Assembly (NCBI GenBank): GCA_964462555.1
Contig: CAYWXY010000001.1
Coordinates: 1,577-65,576 of the forward strand
From: an uncultured Pseudomonadota bacterium
GTDB lineage: Bacteria > UBA10199 > GCA-002796325 > CAYWXY01
Reading direction: 5' to 3'
DNA: 64,000 nucleotides
Positions 9,501 to 16,833 of this stretch are shown piece by piece. Every line of letters starts with the position of its first letter. The first letter of the stretch is position 1. Both the position numbers and the translations under genes were made by a program. Under the pieces are notes generated by a model that worked only from the letters and a program-made list of their open reading frames with translations, made no database searches and was not told the DNA's origin.

Positions 9501-11387
9501 CCCGGGCTCGGAGCTGACGATGATCTAACCTGCGATGACGTCGACGACGATTGTAACGGTGAAACCGACGATGGCTACATTCCACAAAATACAGAGTGTG
9601 GTGTTGGCGCCTGTATGGCCGAAGGAATTACATCTTGCGTCGGTGGAACAGAGGTCGACGATTGCGCACCTGGAACGCCGGCCGAAAGCGATACCAATTG
9701 TGACGGCGTCGATGACGATTGTAATGGCGTGGCAGATGATGGATTTGTTTCGTATCCAACAAATTGTGGTCAAGGTGCCTGTTTTGCCGAAGGACTCGCG
9801 ACCTGTGTTGGCGGGGCTATCATCGATAGTTGTGAAGAGGGAACTCCGGCCCTTAACGATGTGACGTGCGATAATGTCGACGACGATTGCGATAATGAAA
9901 TCGACGAAGATTATATTGGCAACGCGATTCAATGTGGCGTCGGCGCCTGTATTGCAGACGGCATCACAGCCTGCGTTGGTGGGACAGAGCTCGACGACTG
10001 TACGCCGGGCCAACCCGCTGCAAGCGACACGACCTGTGATAATGTCGATGATGATTGTAACGGTGTGGCGGATGATGGTTTTGTTTCGTATTCGACAAAT
10101 TGTGGTCAAGGTGCCTGTTTTGCCGAAGGGCTTGCAACTTGTATAAATGGGATATTGAGCGACAGCTGCGAAGAAGGGATTCCGGCCCCGAACGATGTGA
10201 CATGCGATAATGACGACGATGATTGCGATAATGAAATCGACGAAGATTATATTGGTAATGCGATTCAGTGTGGTGTCGGCGCTTGTCTAGCAGATGGAAT
10301 CACAACATGCGTCGGTGGGGCAGAGCTCGACGACTGTACGCCGGGTCAACCAGCGCCATCGGATGAAAGTTGTGACAACGTCGATGACGATTGTAATAAC
10401 CAGACCGACGATGGTTTTGTTCCCTACTCCACCGAGTGTGGTGTAGGCGCATGCGTAGCCGAGGGAGAAGCGACCTGTGTGGGCGGAGAAATTCAGAATA
10501 GCTGCATACCGGGAATGCCCGCAATTAATGACGAGACATGCAACAACATCGACGACGACTGTGACGGCGCGACCGATGAAGACTTCGCATCCTATGTTAC
10601 GAGTTGTGGCGTCGGCGCCTGTCAAGCTGAGGGCCTGGCCACATGTGTGGGTGGAGAAGTGATCGACAGTTGCACGCCAGGAGAGGCGGCGGCCAACGAT
10701 GTAACATGCGATAATGTTGACGATGACTGTAATGGCGAAACCGATGAAGACTACGTTCCAACTGGGATGAGTTGCGGTGTTGGATCATGTGTTGAAAGTG
10801 GTCTCATACAGTGTGTGGGCGGCGAATTAATTGAAGAATGTACGCCGGGAACGCCAACCGATGAAATTTGCGATGGACACGATAACGATTGTGATGGAAA
10901 TACCGACGAGATCTGCATTGACAATATTCAAACGGGCTCCCTTCTCCTTGTTGGCTACACGACGCCGGCGAAGACGGAGATCATCAATAAAGAGGTTTTT
11001 GCAACAATCATTACCGGAGAGGCCCCCCTTCCCGATTCCTTTACGGTGGCGATTGAACATTGTATCGAAGAAGTCTGCACGACGACCGACCCGGTCGCCC
11101 TGGCTAACGGTATTGAACTCTGTGATTTTTCAGTGGGGCTTGGAAATGAGGCGTGCGAAGAAAATCAACCGGCCCCCATCAAGGAGTCAAATATTCTAGA
11201 TCTGACACTTGCGCAACTGATTCCCGGAATGAATCTTTGGTCCCTCTCTCAAGATGAAACATTCCGCGGCAACGTCACAACGTTGTCATACGACCTCGGC
11301 GGTTATAATATTGGTCTCGAGATTCCGATCCCCAACGCAGATGCGGCCTCATGCTACTATCTCTTTAACACCTACGCCTGCGATTAA
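3582..11387 (+). CDS. Giant (2601 aa) acidic cysteine-rich tandem-repeat protein. About 50 copies of a 45-aa six-Cys module ending in an LDLa/TSP3-like Ca-binding loop CDGxDDDCDGxTDEDF. No N-terminal signal peptide. Unique 190-aa C-terminal domain. Likely Ca-binding surface/secreted adhesin-like protein
   Basis: Single uninterrupted ORF. Repeat pattern C-x4-C-x7-C-x8-C-x11-C-x6-C with motifs CG(T/V)G(A/G)C, CxPGxPAxxD and CDG(I/V)DDDCDGETDEDF. Alternating module subtypes (ATECGTGAC.. / IQCGVGGC..). Near-identical DNA blocks recur at 672-bp offsets. First in-frame start is ATG 3582, with a stop at 3534. Confidence 0.85.
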   Translation: MIWGCTPYRPPPADYPELPDVSLHDVIHDTLVIKDTKGGDSLFDSFWDIKEKYDAEIDTFREDADGFVDAETSDTSDTFDAFDGEEMCEDLCFDISDSNDGDAEVCEFVGEIDDTCDDIDDDCDGETDEEFPIELTECGVGGCLSTGILACVGGDIVDTCVEKPAEIDDSFCDGIDGDCDGWTDEDFESETTSCGIGACFSEGLTLCIGGEVQDSCEPALPAPDDPGCDGIDDDCDDLVDEDFIPYPTSCGAGACAADGEATCEGGFIIDSCEPLATAPDDSECNGIDDDCDGETDEDFVSMVTACGIGGCASVGLTLCVGGSVQDSCKPGKPAPDDATCDAIDDDCDTKIDEDVHPIETECGTGACLGLGLATCLDGIMVDSCEEGVPALDDSECNGIDDDCDGETDEEFVSSATECGLGGCVSTGSTSCINGEVQNSCTPEMPTPDDAKCDGVDSDCDEEVDEDFMPYGIQCGVGGCIADGLAICLNGEISNECTPGAALEDDTSCDGIDGDCDSETDEDFVSMATMCGTGGCLAEGITLCIGGGIQDNCVPGEAAPNDASCNGVDDDCDGKTDEDYVQQITKCGVGGCFEEGATTCLGGVILDSCVAGTPALDDSECNGIDDDCDGETDEDFTSQATECGTGACLSSGETSCINGVVQNSCTPLSPAFDDATCDGIDDDCDNDLDEDFTPYSIQCGIGGCVADGLAICLNGEISNECTPGAALEDDTSCDGIDGDCDSETDEDFISMATICGTGGCLAEGVTLCIGGGVQDNCVPGEAAPNDASCNGVDDDCSGETDEDFISETTECGTGACWAQGLTICLNGMLIENCEELLPAIYDSECNGVDDDCNGETDEDFVSQATECGTGACVDSGETSCVNGEVQNNCVPLQPALDDATCNGVDDDCNGESDEDFIPYGIQCGVGICQANGLAICLNGEVVNECTPGLPAPDDTSCDATDNDCDGFSDEDYIPETSSCGVGACISEGTIYCIGGAFVDNCEPGQPSVELCDNIDNNCNNVIDDDCIEGDFTCDGVDDDEDGETDEEFEPYPTSCGIGECFAEGLATCVNASIIDSCEPGSPAPLDTICNNLDEDCDSNTDEDVIPVETYCGTGACAAEGLAICVGGEMQDSCTPGQAAATDTSCDGVDNNCNGETDEGFISYATSCGQGACLAEGLATCVNGDVVDDCTPGNPALDDATCNNVDDNCNGFIDEDFVQSITNCGVGACEKSGTTSCIDGDVIDSCVPGQAAQNDTSCNAVDDDCDGEEDEDFISQATECGTGACSSTGQTTCVAGEIVNDCVPGDPAANDATCNGVDDDCNNETDEDYQNAVIQCGVGACLADGLKLCVNGELTDECTPGQPAPTDSTCDNVDNNCNGETDEGFVSYATSCGQGACLAEGLATCVGGQVVDSCTPGNPALDDATCDNIDDNCNGFEDEDFASTVTNCGVGACEASGTTSCVDGDVIDSCVPGQAAQNDTSCNGVDDDCNGETDDGFVAQVTECGVGACAAEGATACVDGEITNNCTPGDPAGSDANCDGVDNNCNNEVDEDYQNAVIQCGVGACLADGLKLCVNGELTDECTPGQPAPTDSTCDNVDNNCNGEADEGFVSYVTSCGQGACLAEGLATCLAGNIIDSCLPGEAAANDSTCDNVDDDCDGFKDEDFIQVVTNCGVGPCEKEGITSCVDGEVMDSCLPGTPAPSDVNCDNIDDDCNGEADDGFIPYDIECGTGVCFAEGLALCVQGSIVNDCAEGEPTGNDSDCDNTDNNCNGFVDENFVPFGTGCGVGACAAEGMATCVGGEILNSCTPGEAAPNDTTCDGVDDDCDSAVDEDYQNVIIQCGVGACVEDGLKLCVGGEFVENCVPGDPAENDTTCDGVDDDCNGFNDEDFNPYGTNCGVGACFAAGTMTCVGGQLQNDCEPGAPALTDDECDGIDNNCNGTTDEEYAPEITACGSGACAAEGTTECMEGDIIDNCTPGLGADDDLTCDDVDDDCNGETDDGYIPQNTECGVGACMAEGITSCVGGTEVDDCAPGTPAESDTNCDGVDDDCNGVADDGFVSYPTNCGQGACFAEGLATCVGGAIIDSCEEGTPALNDVTCDNVDDDCDNEIDEDYIGNAIQCGVGACIADGITACVGGTELDDCTPGQPAASDTTCDNVDDDCNGVADDGFVSYSTNCGQGACFAEGLATCINGILSDSCEEGIPAPNDVTCDNDDDDCDNEIDEDYIGNAIQCGVGACLADGITTCVGGAELDDCTPGQPAPSDESCDNVDDDCNNQTDDGFVPYSTECGVGACVAEGEATCVGGEIQNSCIPGMPAINDETCNNIDDDCDGATDEDFASYVTSCGVGACQAEGLATCVGGEVIDSCTPGEAAANDVTCDNVDDDCNGETDEDYVPTGMSCGVGSCVESGLIQCVGGELIEECTPGTPTDEICDGHDNDCDGNTDEICIDNIQTGSLLLVGYTTPAKTEIINKEVFATIITGEAPLPDSFTVAIEHCIEEVCTTTDPVALANGIELCDFSVGLGNEACEENQPAPIKESNILDLTLAQLIPGMNLWSLSQDETFRGNVTTLSYDLGGYNIGLEIPIPNADAASCYYLFNTYACD

Positions 11388-12871
11388 TCGTTACTGACGA
11401 GACCCTGAATGAAATAGGGATTAAACGTTTGATCGATCGATGAAAACTCTTGCCAGATCAGCGCAAAGCCATTCTCCTGCGATACAAACGAATCTCCAGC
11501 GACGGTTCCCTGAATAAGTAGGGACTCGTTGGAAGAGAGCGCCCTTCCCGACTGATCGATTTTTGTCAGGTAGGTATTATGAAAGGTGATGCCGGTGTAG
11601 CCCGAAGCGACAGCGTAGGCACTATAGGTTGTAAAATGGGTATCGTTCCAGGTAATCACGGCGCCATCACGATTGGTCGCAATTTCTTTTCTTTCGACAA
11701 GAGCGGCACCAGCGGGACTATATCTTGCAAAGTATAAAGAGCCGATATTAGAATCATCACGTACAACCCAGGTAACGCCCATAGAGGCGCCATCCCAAAC
11801 GAGACTCGGAGTGGTGGAATAGACAGAAGTGTCGGAAATGAGGAGGGCAGAGGTGTCGGAGGAGATATCGGGCTTAAGGTAGATATTCATGAGGTCGCCG
11901 TCTCCAACTTCATTCCAGGTTGCGGCGTAGCTGGAAGACGTCGTGATCAAGATAAGGCGATGTGATCGTGATTCACTGTTGGATATATTCTTTGCGGCGG
12001 TCTTTTCGCTACCGTCGGCGTTGAGAGTCATAAAGTAGATATCGGACCACCAATTGGAACCGCTGTAGCCACACCACGCAAGACCATATTCATCATCTCC
12101 TGAAACAATGGAAATGCAGTCAGTGTTGGTGTGGACAGAGGGTATTTGACGCGCGGGAACGGTCACCGTTCCACTGGCGTCCATTCGCGTAAAATAGATA
12201 ATATCATTGTCGTCCTCTTCCAGACCGTAAACAATTGCGAAATCGGTGCCGTTCCAAGCAATGTCATTAATTGAAATAGTGGGTGTCCCCGATACGAATG
12301 GCATCAATTCGGAATGACTGTTTGTCGACGGATCGAGCGTTACAAAGTTATTATGTGCTACGAGGCCATAGATCGTTCCGCTATAAGCCAAGGCAAAAGG
12401 ATTCGTTTCAACATTTGCGGCAAGCGAGGTCATGTCGATTTTGGATCGAACAACAAATGAAGATGTGTCTGGGTCCGTTGGGTCCAGATATGTGACGCGA
12501 GCTGTTGTCTCAACTTCGGAACCGTCCACCGATAGCGAAGTGGTCAAAATTTTATCATCGTCATCGACAGTTCCGTTGAATACGATTTCTGTGCCATCAG
12601 AAAGGGTTGGGGATATCGAAAAGGCGCTGTCCGTGATTAAAACAGAAACGGTGGCACTTCCTGACACGGTCCCATCGATACTCGATTTGGAAAATGTGCC
12701 ACTTCCGTTGGCATCGGTTTCAAGGCTGTAGTTCGTTAGGGCCGCAGTTGTTAATGTTAGTTCCATATTGCCGAGCGGTTCAGGGTTTCCAGTCTCTGTT
12801 CCCTTTCCTGGCGTGCAGGCGTAGAGAGACACCAATACAAAAAAAAGAAGAACTTTTAAACATTGCCTCAT
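11384..12871 (-). CDS. Putative lipoprotein (495 aa) with Thr/Ser-rich N-terminal region and repeated W-x-G/aromatic blocks (beta-propeller-like); function unknown
   Basis: Signal peptide MRQCLKVLLFFVLVSLYAC with Cys lipobox-like site; recurring motifs IAWNGTDF, LAWCGYSG, ATWNEVGDGD, VTWVVRDD, ITWNDTHF, LIWQEF; 4-bp ATGA overlap with upstream gene. Confidence 0.6.
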   Translation of the reverse strand: MRQCLKVLLFFVLVSLYACTPGKGTETGNPEPLGNMELTLTTAALTNYSLETDANGSGTFSKSSIDGTVSGSATVSVLITDSAFSISPTLSDGTEIVFNGTVDDDDKILTTSLSVDGSEVETTARVTYLDPTDPDTSSFVVRSKIDMTSLAANVETNPFALAYSGTIYGLVAHNNFVTLDPSTNSHSELMPFVSGTPTISINDIAWNGTDFAIVYGLEEDDNDIIYFTRMDASGTVTVPARQIPSVHTNTDCISIVSGDDEYGLAWCGYSGSNWWSDIYFMTLNADGSEKTAAKNISNSESRSHRLILITTSSSYAATWNEVGDGDLMNIYLKPDISSDTSALLISDTSVYSTTPSLVWDGASMGVTWVVRDDSNIGSLYFARYSPAGAALVERKEIATNRDGAVITWNDTHFTTYSAYAVASGYTGITFHNTYLTKIDQSGRALSSNESLLIQGTVAGDSFVSQENGFALIWQEFSSIDQTFNPYFIQGLVSND

Positions 12872-13734
12872 GAATTGTCCTCACTCTTTGTTAATTTGAT
12901 AAAGCCGAGATTGATATTAACCACCTCGGTCTTGTTGTTGTTCCCCTCCTCCAGCTGCCGATGCAGTTTTCGACGAAACTCCTGAAGGGCGTCCTTCAGT
13001 TCGGCCATCTTCTCTGTTGAGATGGCCATTGTGATTGCAGAAAACTCGCGGTCGTCGACCGGATCCATTTTGACGGCTTCTTTGGATAGTTCCATCAGCT
13101 GTTCGTGAAATTCGGTGATCGAAAGGCTGCGGACCACATTTGGGGTCGCGAGCATCTCATCCGTTTTTTTAAGTCGACCAGCCTCATCGCGAGAGATCAG
13201 GCCGAGCCCTTCAAGTTCCTTCATGGCATGTTTGGCCTTTGGGACAGAAATAGGCGGCTTTAGCTTGTTTGCGATCCAATGATAATCCTCACGAAAATTA
13301 TCCAAACGCACAACCTCCATCAGTGCCAAATAGTACCAATTCGAATAAATCTTATAGTACTTTGACTGAAGCGTCGCCGGACTCTTCTTTGGTGTAAAGT
13401 CGACAAGTTGTTGGTAGTAGAGATTTTTTTCATCGTATGTGCCGGCTTGGCAAAAATTGACGAGCGCATGAAAAAAACGCGATTCTTTTTTGGAAAGACG
13501 AAAGCCTTTGCAGATCTTTTCGGCACTATCTGACGTCAGATTTCGCTTGCCGTCCATGATGAGTTTAAGATGGGCAGGCGATTTCATTCCGGCACGCCGA
13601 TTGAAGTTTCGATATGAGAATGTGGGGAGTGTCTCCTTGAGGAAGGAGATTCGATCCTTGAGGAATTCGCGATAGTCAACGAACTGATAAATCTCCTTGA
13701 TCTTGATTTCGTCATTGTTTATTGAATCGTCCAT
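12868..13734 (-). CDS. TIGR02147-like family protein (uncharacterized; N-terminal HTH-like region), translationally coupled to the downstream lipoprotein
   Basis: N-terminal YQFVDYREFLKDRISFLKETLPTFSYRNFNRRAGMKSPAHLKLIMDGKRNLTSDSAEKICKGFRLSKKESRFFHALVNF resembles the DYRxFLxD...FSYRxFAxKAG..SP..L..VI.GKRNL signature recalled for the TIGR02147 family (from memory, not searched). Confidence 0.55.
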   Translation of the reverse strand: MDDSINNDEIKIKEIYQFVDYREFLKDRISFLKETLPTFSYRNFNRRAGMKSPAHLKLIMDGKRNLTSDSAEKICKGFRLSKKESRFFHALVNFCQAGTYDEKNLYYQQLVDFTPKKSPATLQSKYYKIYSNWYYLALMEVVRLDNFREDYHWIANKLKPPISVPKAKHAMKELEGLGLISRDEAGRLKKTDEMLATPNVVRSLSITEFHEQLMELSKEAVKMDPVDDREFSAITMAISTEKMAELKDALQEFRRKLHRQLEEGNNNKTEVVNINLGFIKLTKSEDNS

Positions 13735-13867
13735 CTAAAAACTCCGAAATTTTAGGAAGCACAGGTAAACAACCAACAACACTTATATTGTATAACATAT
13801 TGATATAATTGTCATAATAAATATCGCCAAAAGAGAAAGACATAATATAGTCTATAAATACAATGCC

Positions 13868-14785
13868 TTAGTAAACATGCAGAATGCAGCTCGAGTCCTC
13901 TGCGTTGATACCAATAATGTACACCTCTTCGTCTATTGTCTGGATCGTGCTGTTGAGAGAAAGGTCGTCAAAATGGCACGATTCATAAGATCCAGCGCTT
14001 GCTGGAAGAACCTCTAGCGTAGATACGAAATCGGGGCAGATCAAGGATGTAACCTCAACAATATTGGACAGGCACTCCAAAATTTCTTTTGCGTGAAGTG
14101 CTTCTAATTCATCATCTGATAAATCTTCTGTGTCTTCTATTAATATATGTGGCTTATTAGGTGGTTGGGAAGAATTGTTAATATCGATATTAGGCAGTGA
14201 ATTTAAAAAACCTGGAATTGGATAACTTGGGAGGGGGACTTCTGCATTATTTTCACCCTCAAGAACCACGTCAGGATTGAGACTCTTTATGATGCAATCA
14301 ACTGAATCAAAATGATATGCTACCTCTGAATCTTCAAGCAGGAGGATGTCCCCTGTATTGCTATTGCAGTAATAGGCCTCACCCTTTTCATCTAAGACAC
14401 CAGCGATATTTTCTATAACGTCCTGCAAATGATCAAAGTCGTTCGCAGTCCAGCCTGTTGATGCCTGGCCACAAGCAAACAAAAAATTATAAAGAACTAA
14501 TGTTTCACATTGTGAATCATCAGCGTCTTCATCGCCATCATTCGCACTTTCTCCGCTTTCCCCATCACCATCATCGTCATCACGATCATCCCCCTTGTCG
14601 CCGTCATCATCAAGTTCGGTATCACCTGGGATCTCGACGGCATCATTCTCCCCATCGTCATCGAAGAAGGAGGCAAAATCGTTGGGCCGAACAGTTCCAT
14701 TATCTCCACATCCGGATAGAATAAGTAGCGCCGGCAGGAGAAGAATTGCGGCAAGAACGACAATTTGCTGAAGAAATTTTCTCAT
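13868..14785 (-). CDS. Acidic lipoprotein with poly-Asp/Glu low-complexity region (function unknown)
   Basis: MRKFLQQIVVLAAILLLPALLILSGC lipobox; DDDGENDAVEIPGDTELDDDGDKGDDRDDDDGDGESGESANDGDEDADD tract. Confidence 0.6.
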   Translation of the reverse strand: MRKFLQQIVVLAAILLLPALLILSGCGDNGTVRPNDFASFFDDDGENDAVEIPGDTELDDDGDKGDDRDDDDGDGESGESANDGDEDADDSQCETLVLYNFLFACGQASTGWTANDFDHLQDVIENIAGVLDEKGEAYYCNSNTGDILLLEDSEVAYHFDSVDCIIKSLNPDVVLEGENNAEVPLPSYPIPGFLNSLPNIDINNSSQPPNKPHILIEDTEDLSDDELEALHAKEILECLSNIVEVTSLICPDFVSTLEVLPASAGSYESCHFDDLSLNSTIQTIDEEVYIIGINAEDSSCILHVY

Positions 14786-15003
14786 ACGAACCTCCATATG
14801 GCTTGATTACTTTGTTTACAGAATTTACAAAAGAGCATTTAAAATACAGTGTATTTTATATAAGCAATTTATATGCCAAGATGCGGCCAATAATTAGCTA
14901 ATAATAACGAGCAGGTAGGGTTTGTGGGCTTTTAAGGATGGGGGGTGGTGACCTCGCAGCTGTATACTCAAAACCCCAAAAAACGAGTAAAATGTGAGCG
15001 GGC

Positions 15004-16731
15004 TTACCTAAACTCGGCCTTATAAATATGATTAGTGGAACCATCCGACTGTTGCCAGACAATGACCGTCTCACCATGATCATTGATAGCAATCTGGGGA
15101 TAGTAGGCATCATGATTGTCGGGGCTGATATTGTCGAGAAGATCTTCCGGAACAAATAAAACACCCTCTCGAAATTCGCCCTTAAAGACCTGAGAGTTGG
15201 TATCATCAGACTGTGTCCATACAACAACCGTGTCGCCGTCGACATTCATTGCCACCTGCATACCCTGAGAGGTTCCGTCCTCACGACCGTAATAGCTGAC
15301 CGGTTGCCAGTTGCCATCGCTATTTGCATATAGACCAACACGATAGGCGGCTCCGTCATGCTGCTGACAGACAATGACAGCCCCTCCATCATCATTCATA
15401 GCAATCTGTGCATACCGCGCTGTCAACCCCTCCGTGCTGAGGGCGTCTGAGGTGTCTGTAGGATGTACCCATACCCCCTCACGATACTCGCTCTTCAAAA
15501 TACGAGGAGTAAACGCGTCATCCGATTGATGCCATGCGATAATCGCATCGCCGTTTTCATTCATTGCAACTGCAGGATTGTTGGCGCTAAGACCCTCTGG
15601 GCTGATGTAGTCTGAGCTGTCCGAAGGATGTGTCCAAGCTCCCTCGCGGTATTCGCTCTTGAATATGCGAGATTTACCCTCGGCAAGTTGTGACCAGACA
15701 ATGATGGTTGCCCCGTCATTATCGATCGCAACTTGAGGGTGTGTGGCATTCAAGCTCCCGGGGTCAATATAGTCTGAGCTGCCCGAGGGATGCGTCCATA
15801 CCCCGCCACGATACTCGCTCATATAAATACGGAGATAGTCCCCCCTGTACTGGAACCAGGCAATAACGGTTTCGCCATTGTTGTTCATGGCTACCTGGGG
15901 AAGATAAACGTCATTGTCATCGGGACTTATATTATCTGAGAGGTTCGTCGGATGTGTCCAGGTTCCATCACGATATTCGCTCTTAAAGGTTTGGAGGCTT
16001 TCTCCATCGCTTTGTTTCCAAACGATAATAGCCTCCCCTTGATCATTCATAGCAACCTGTGGTCTCTGGGCATTTTCACCGTCTGGACTGATGTTGTCTG
16101 TGAGGTTCGTCGGATGCGTCCAGGCTCCATCACGATATTCGCTCTTGTAGATCTGGGAGGCATTGCCGTCCGATCGTGACCAGACAATAATGACGTTGCC
16201 GCTATTATCAATGGCAACTTGAGGGGCGAGTTCGTCTCCCCCTCCACCCTCTGGGTCGATGTGATCATTTTCTAGGCTCGTTGGGTGTGTCCAACGGTTT
16301 GAGCAAACGATATCGATGCTACGAACATCATCGCCATTGATTGTTCCGCTTCCGTTTGCGATAGTGCAGTTTTGTAAAAGGGGCTCTGTATCTAAGGTAA
16401 TAGAATAATTGCTGCCATCTTCAAAGGTTTCTTCGAACTGAAAATCACCATTGGCAGACAGGGCAAGATTCTCGCTGTTATTGATCTTAAGAACCAGCTC
16501 TTCGCTTGCAAGCCCTGTTAGCGAACCGCCAACATAATAGTAAGTGGCATCCGTCGTCGTCTCAGACGCTCCCCCCTCCTCCTCGGCTGGTGTCTCAGTC
16601 TCGGTCGGAGCATTTGTTTCGACACTTTCCTTTTCGGCGGGCTGGCTTGAATCTGTTGGAAGCCCACCGCAGGCCGAGAGGGTTGATAGGAAAAAAATAA
16701 TAAATAGAGCATCGAAGCGAAAAAGTTTCAT
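15004..16731 (-). CDS. Lipoprotein with about 9-10 tandem 47-aa repeats (WTHPTNLSDNISPDG...PQVAMN..GEAIIVWxQSDG..xIYKSEYRDG); probable beta-propeller; function unknown
   Basis: MKLFRFDALFIIFFLSTLSACGG lipobox; highly regular internal repeats visible in translation. Confidence 0.65.
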   Translation of the reverse strand: MKLFRFDALFIIFFLSTLSACGGLPTDSSQPAEKESVETNAPTETETPAEEEGGASETTTDATYYYVGGSLTGLASEELVLKINNSENLALSANGDFQFEETFEDGSNYSITLDTEPLLQNCTIANGSGTINGDDVRSIDIVCSNRWTHPTSLENDHIDPEGGGGDELAPQVAIDNSGNVIIVWSRSDGNASQIYKSEYRDGAWTHPTNLTDNISPDGENAQRPQVAMNDQGEAIIVWKQSDGESLQTFKSEYRDGTWTHPTNLSDNISPDDNDVYLPQVAMNNNGETVIAWFQYRGDYLRIYMSEYRGGVWTHPSGSSDYIDPGSLNATHPQVAIDNDGATIIVWSQLAEGKSRIFKSEYREGAWTHPSDSSDYISPEGLSANNPAVAMNENGDAIIAWHQSDDAFTPRILKSEYREGVWVHPTDTSDALSTEGLTARYAQIAMNDDGGAVIVCQQHDGAAYRVGLYANSDGNWQPVSYYGREDGTSQGMQVAMNVDGDTVVVWTQSDDTNSQVFKGEFREGVLFVPEDLLDNISPDNHDAYYPQIAINDHGETVIVWQQSDGSTNHIYKAEFR

Positions 16732-16833
16732 AATACCTCCTTGTGAACGATGATGTATTATCGCAAAAAAGGGAGGTGTATGTTGTGTGCTATTTAGTGG
16801 TTTGCGAAGAATCCGTATACTCGGAGTAAACAG

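Noticed and set aside
3640-11199. Dozens of 60-190-aa ORFs on both strands inside the giant repeat gene (Ser/Pro/His-rich translations)
   Set aside because: They are alternative-frame or antisense readings of the GAT/GAC/TGT-rich repeat DNA. They have low-complexity composition, no starts with RBS, and are entirely nested in a long uninterrupted sense ORF.
3582-11387. Possibility that the giant gene is a horizontally acquired island judged from composition
   Set aside because: GC content and codon usage by eye are similar to the flanking housekeeping genes, and no integrase, tRNA or direct-repeat boundaries are present, so foreign origin cannot be supported from sequence alone
14898-15245. 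ORF 14898-15245(-)
   Set aside because: Overlaps the 3' part of the repeat lipoprotein gene 15004-16731 in another frame; no features
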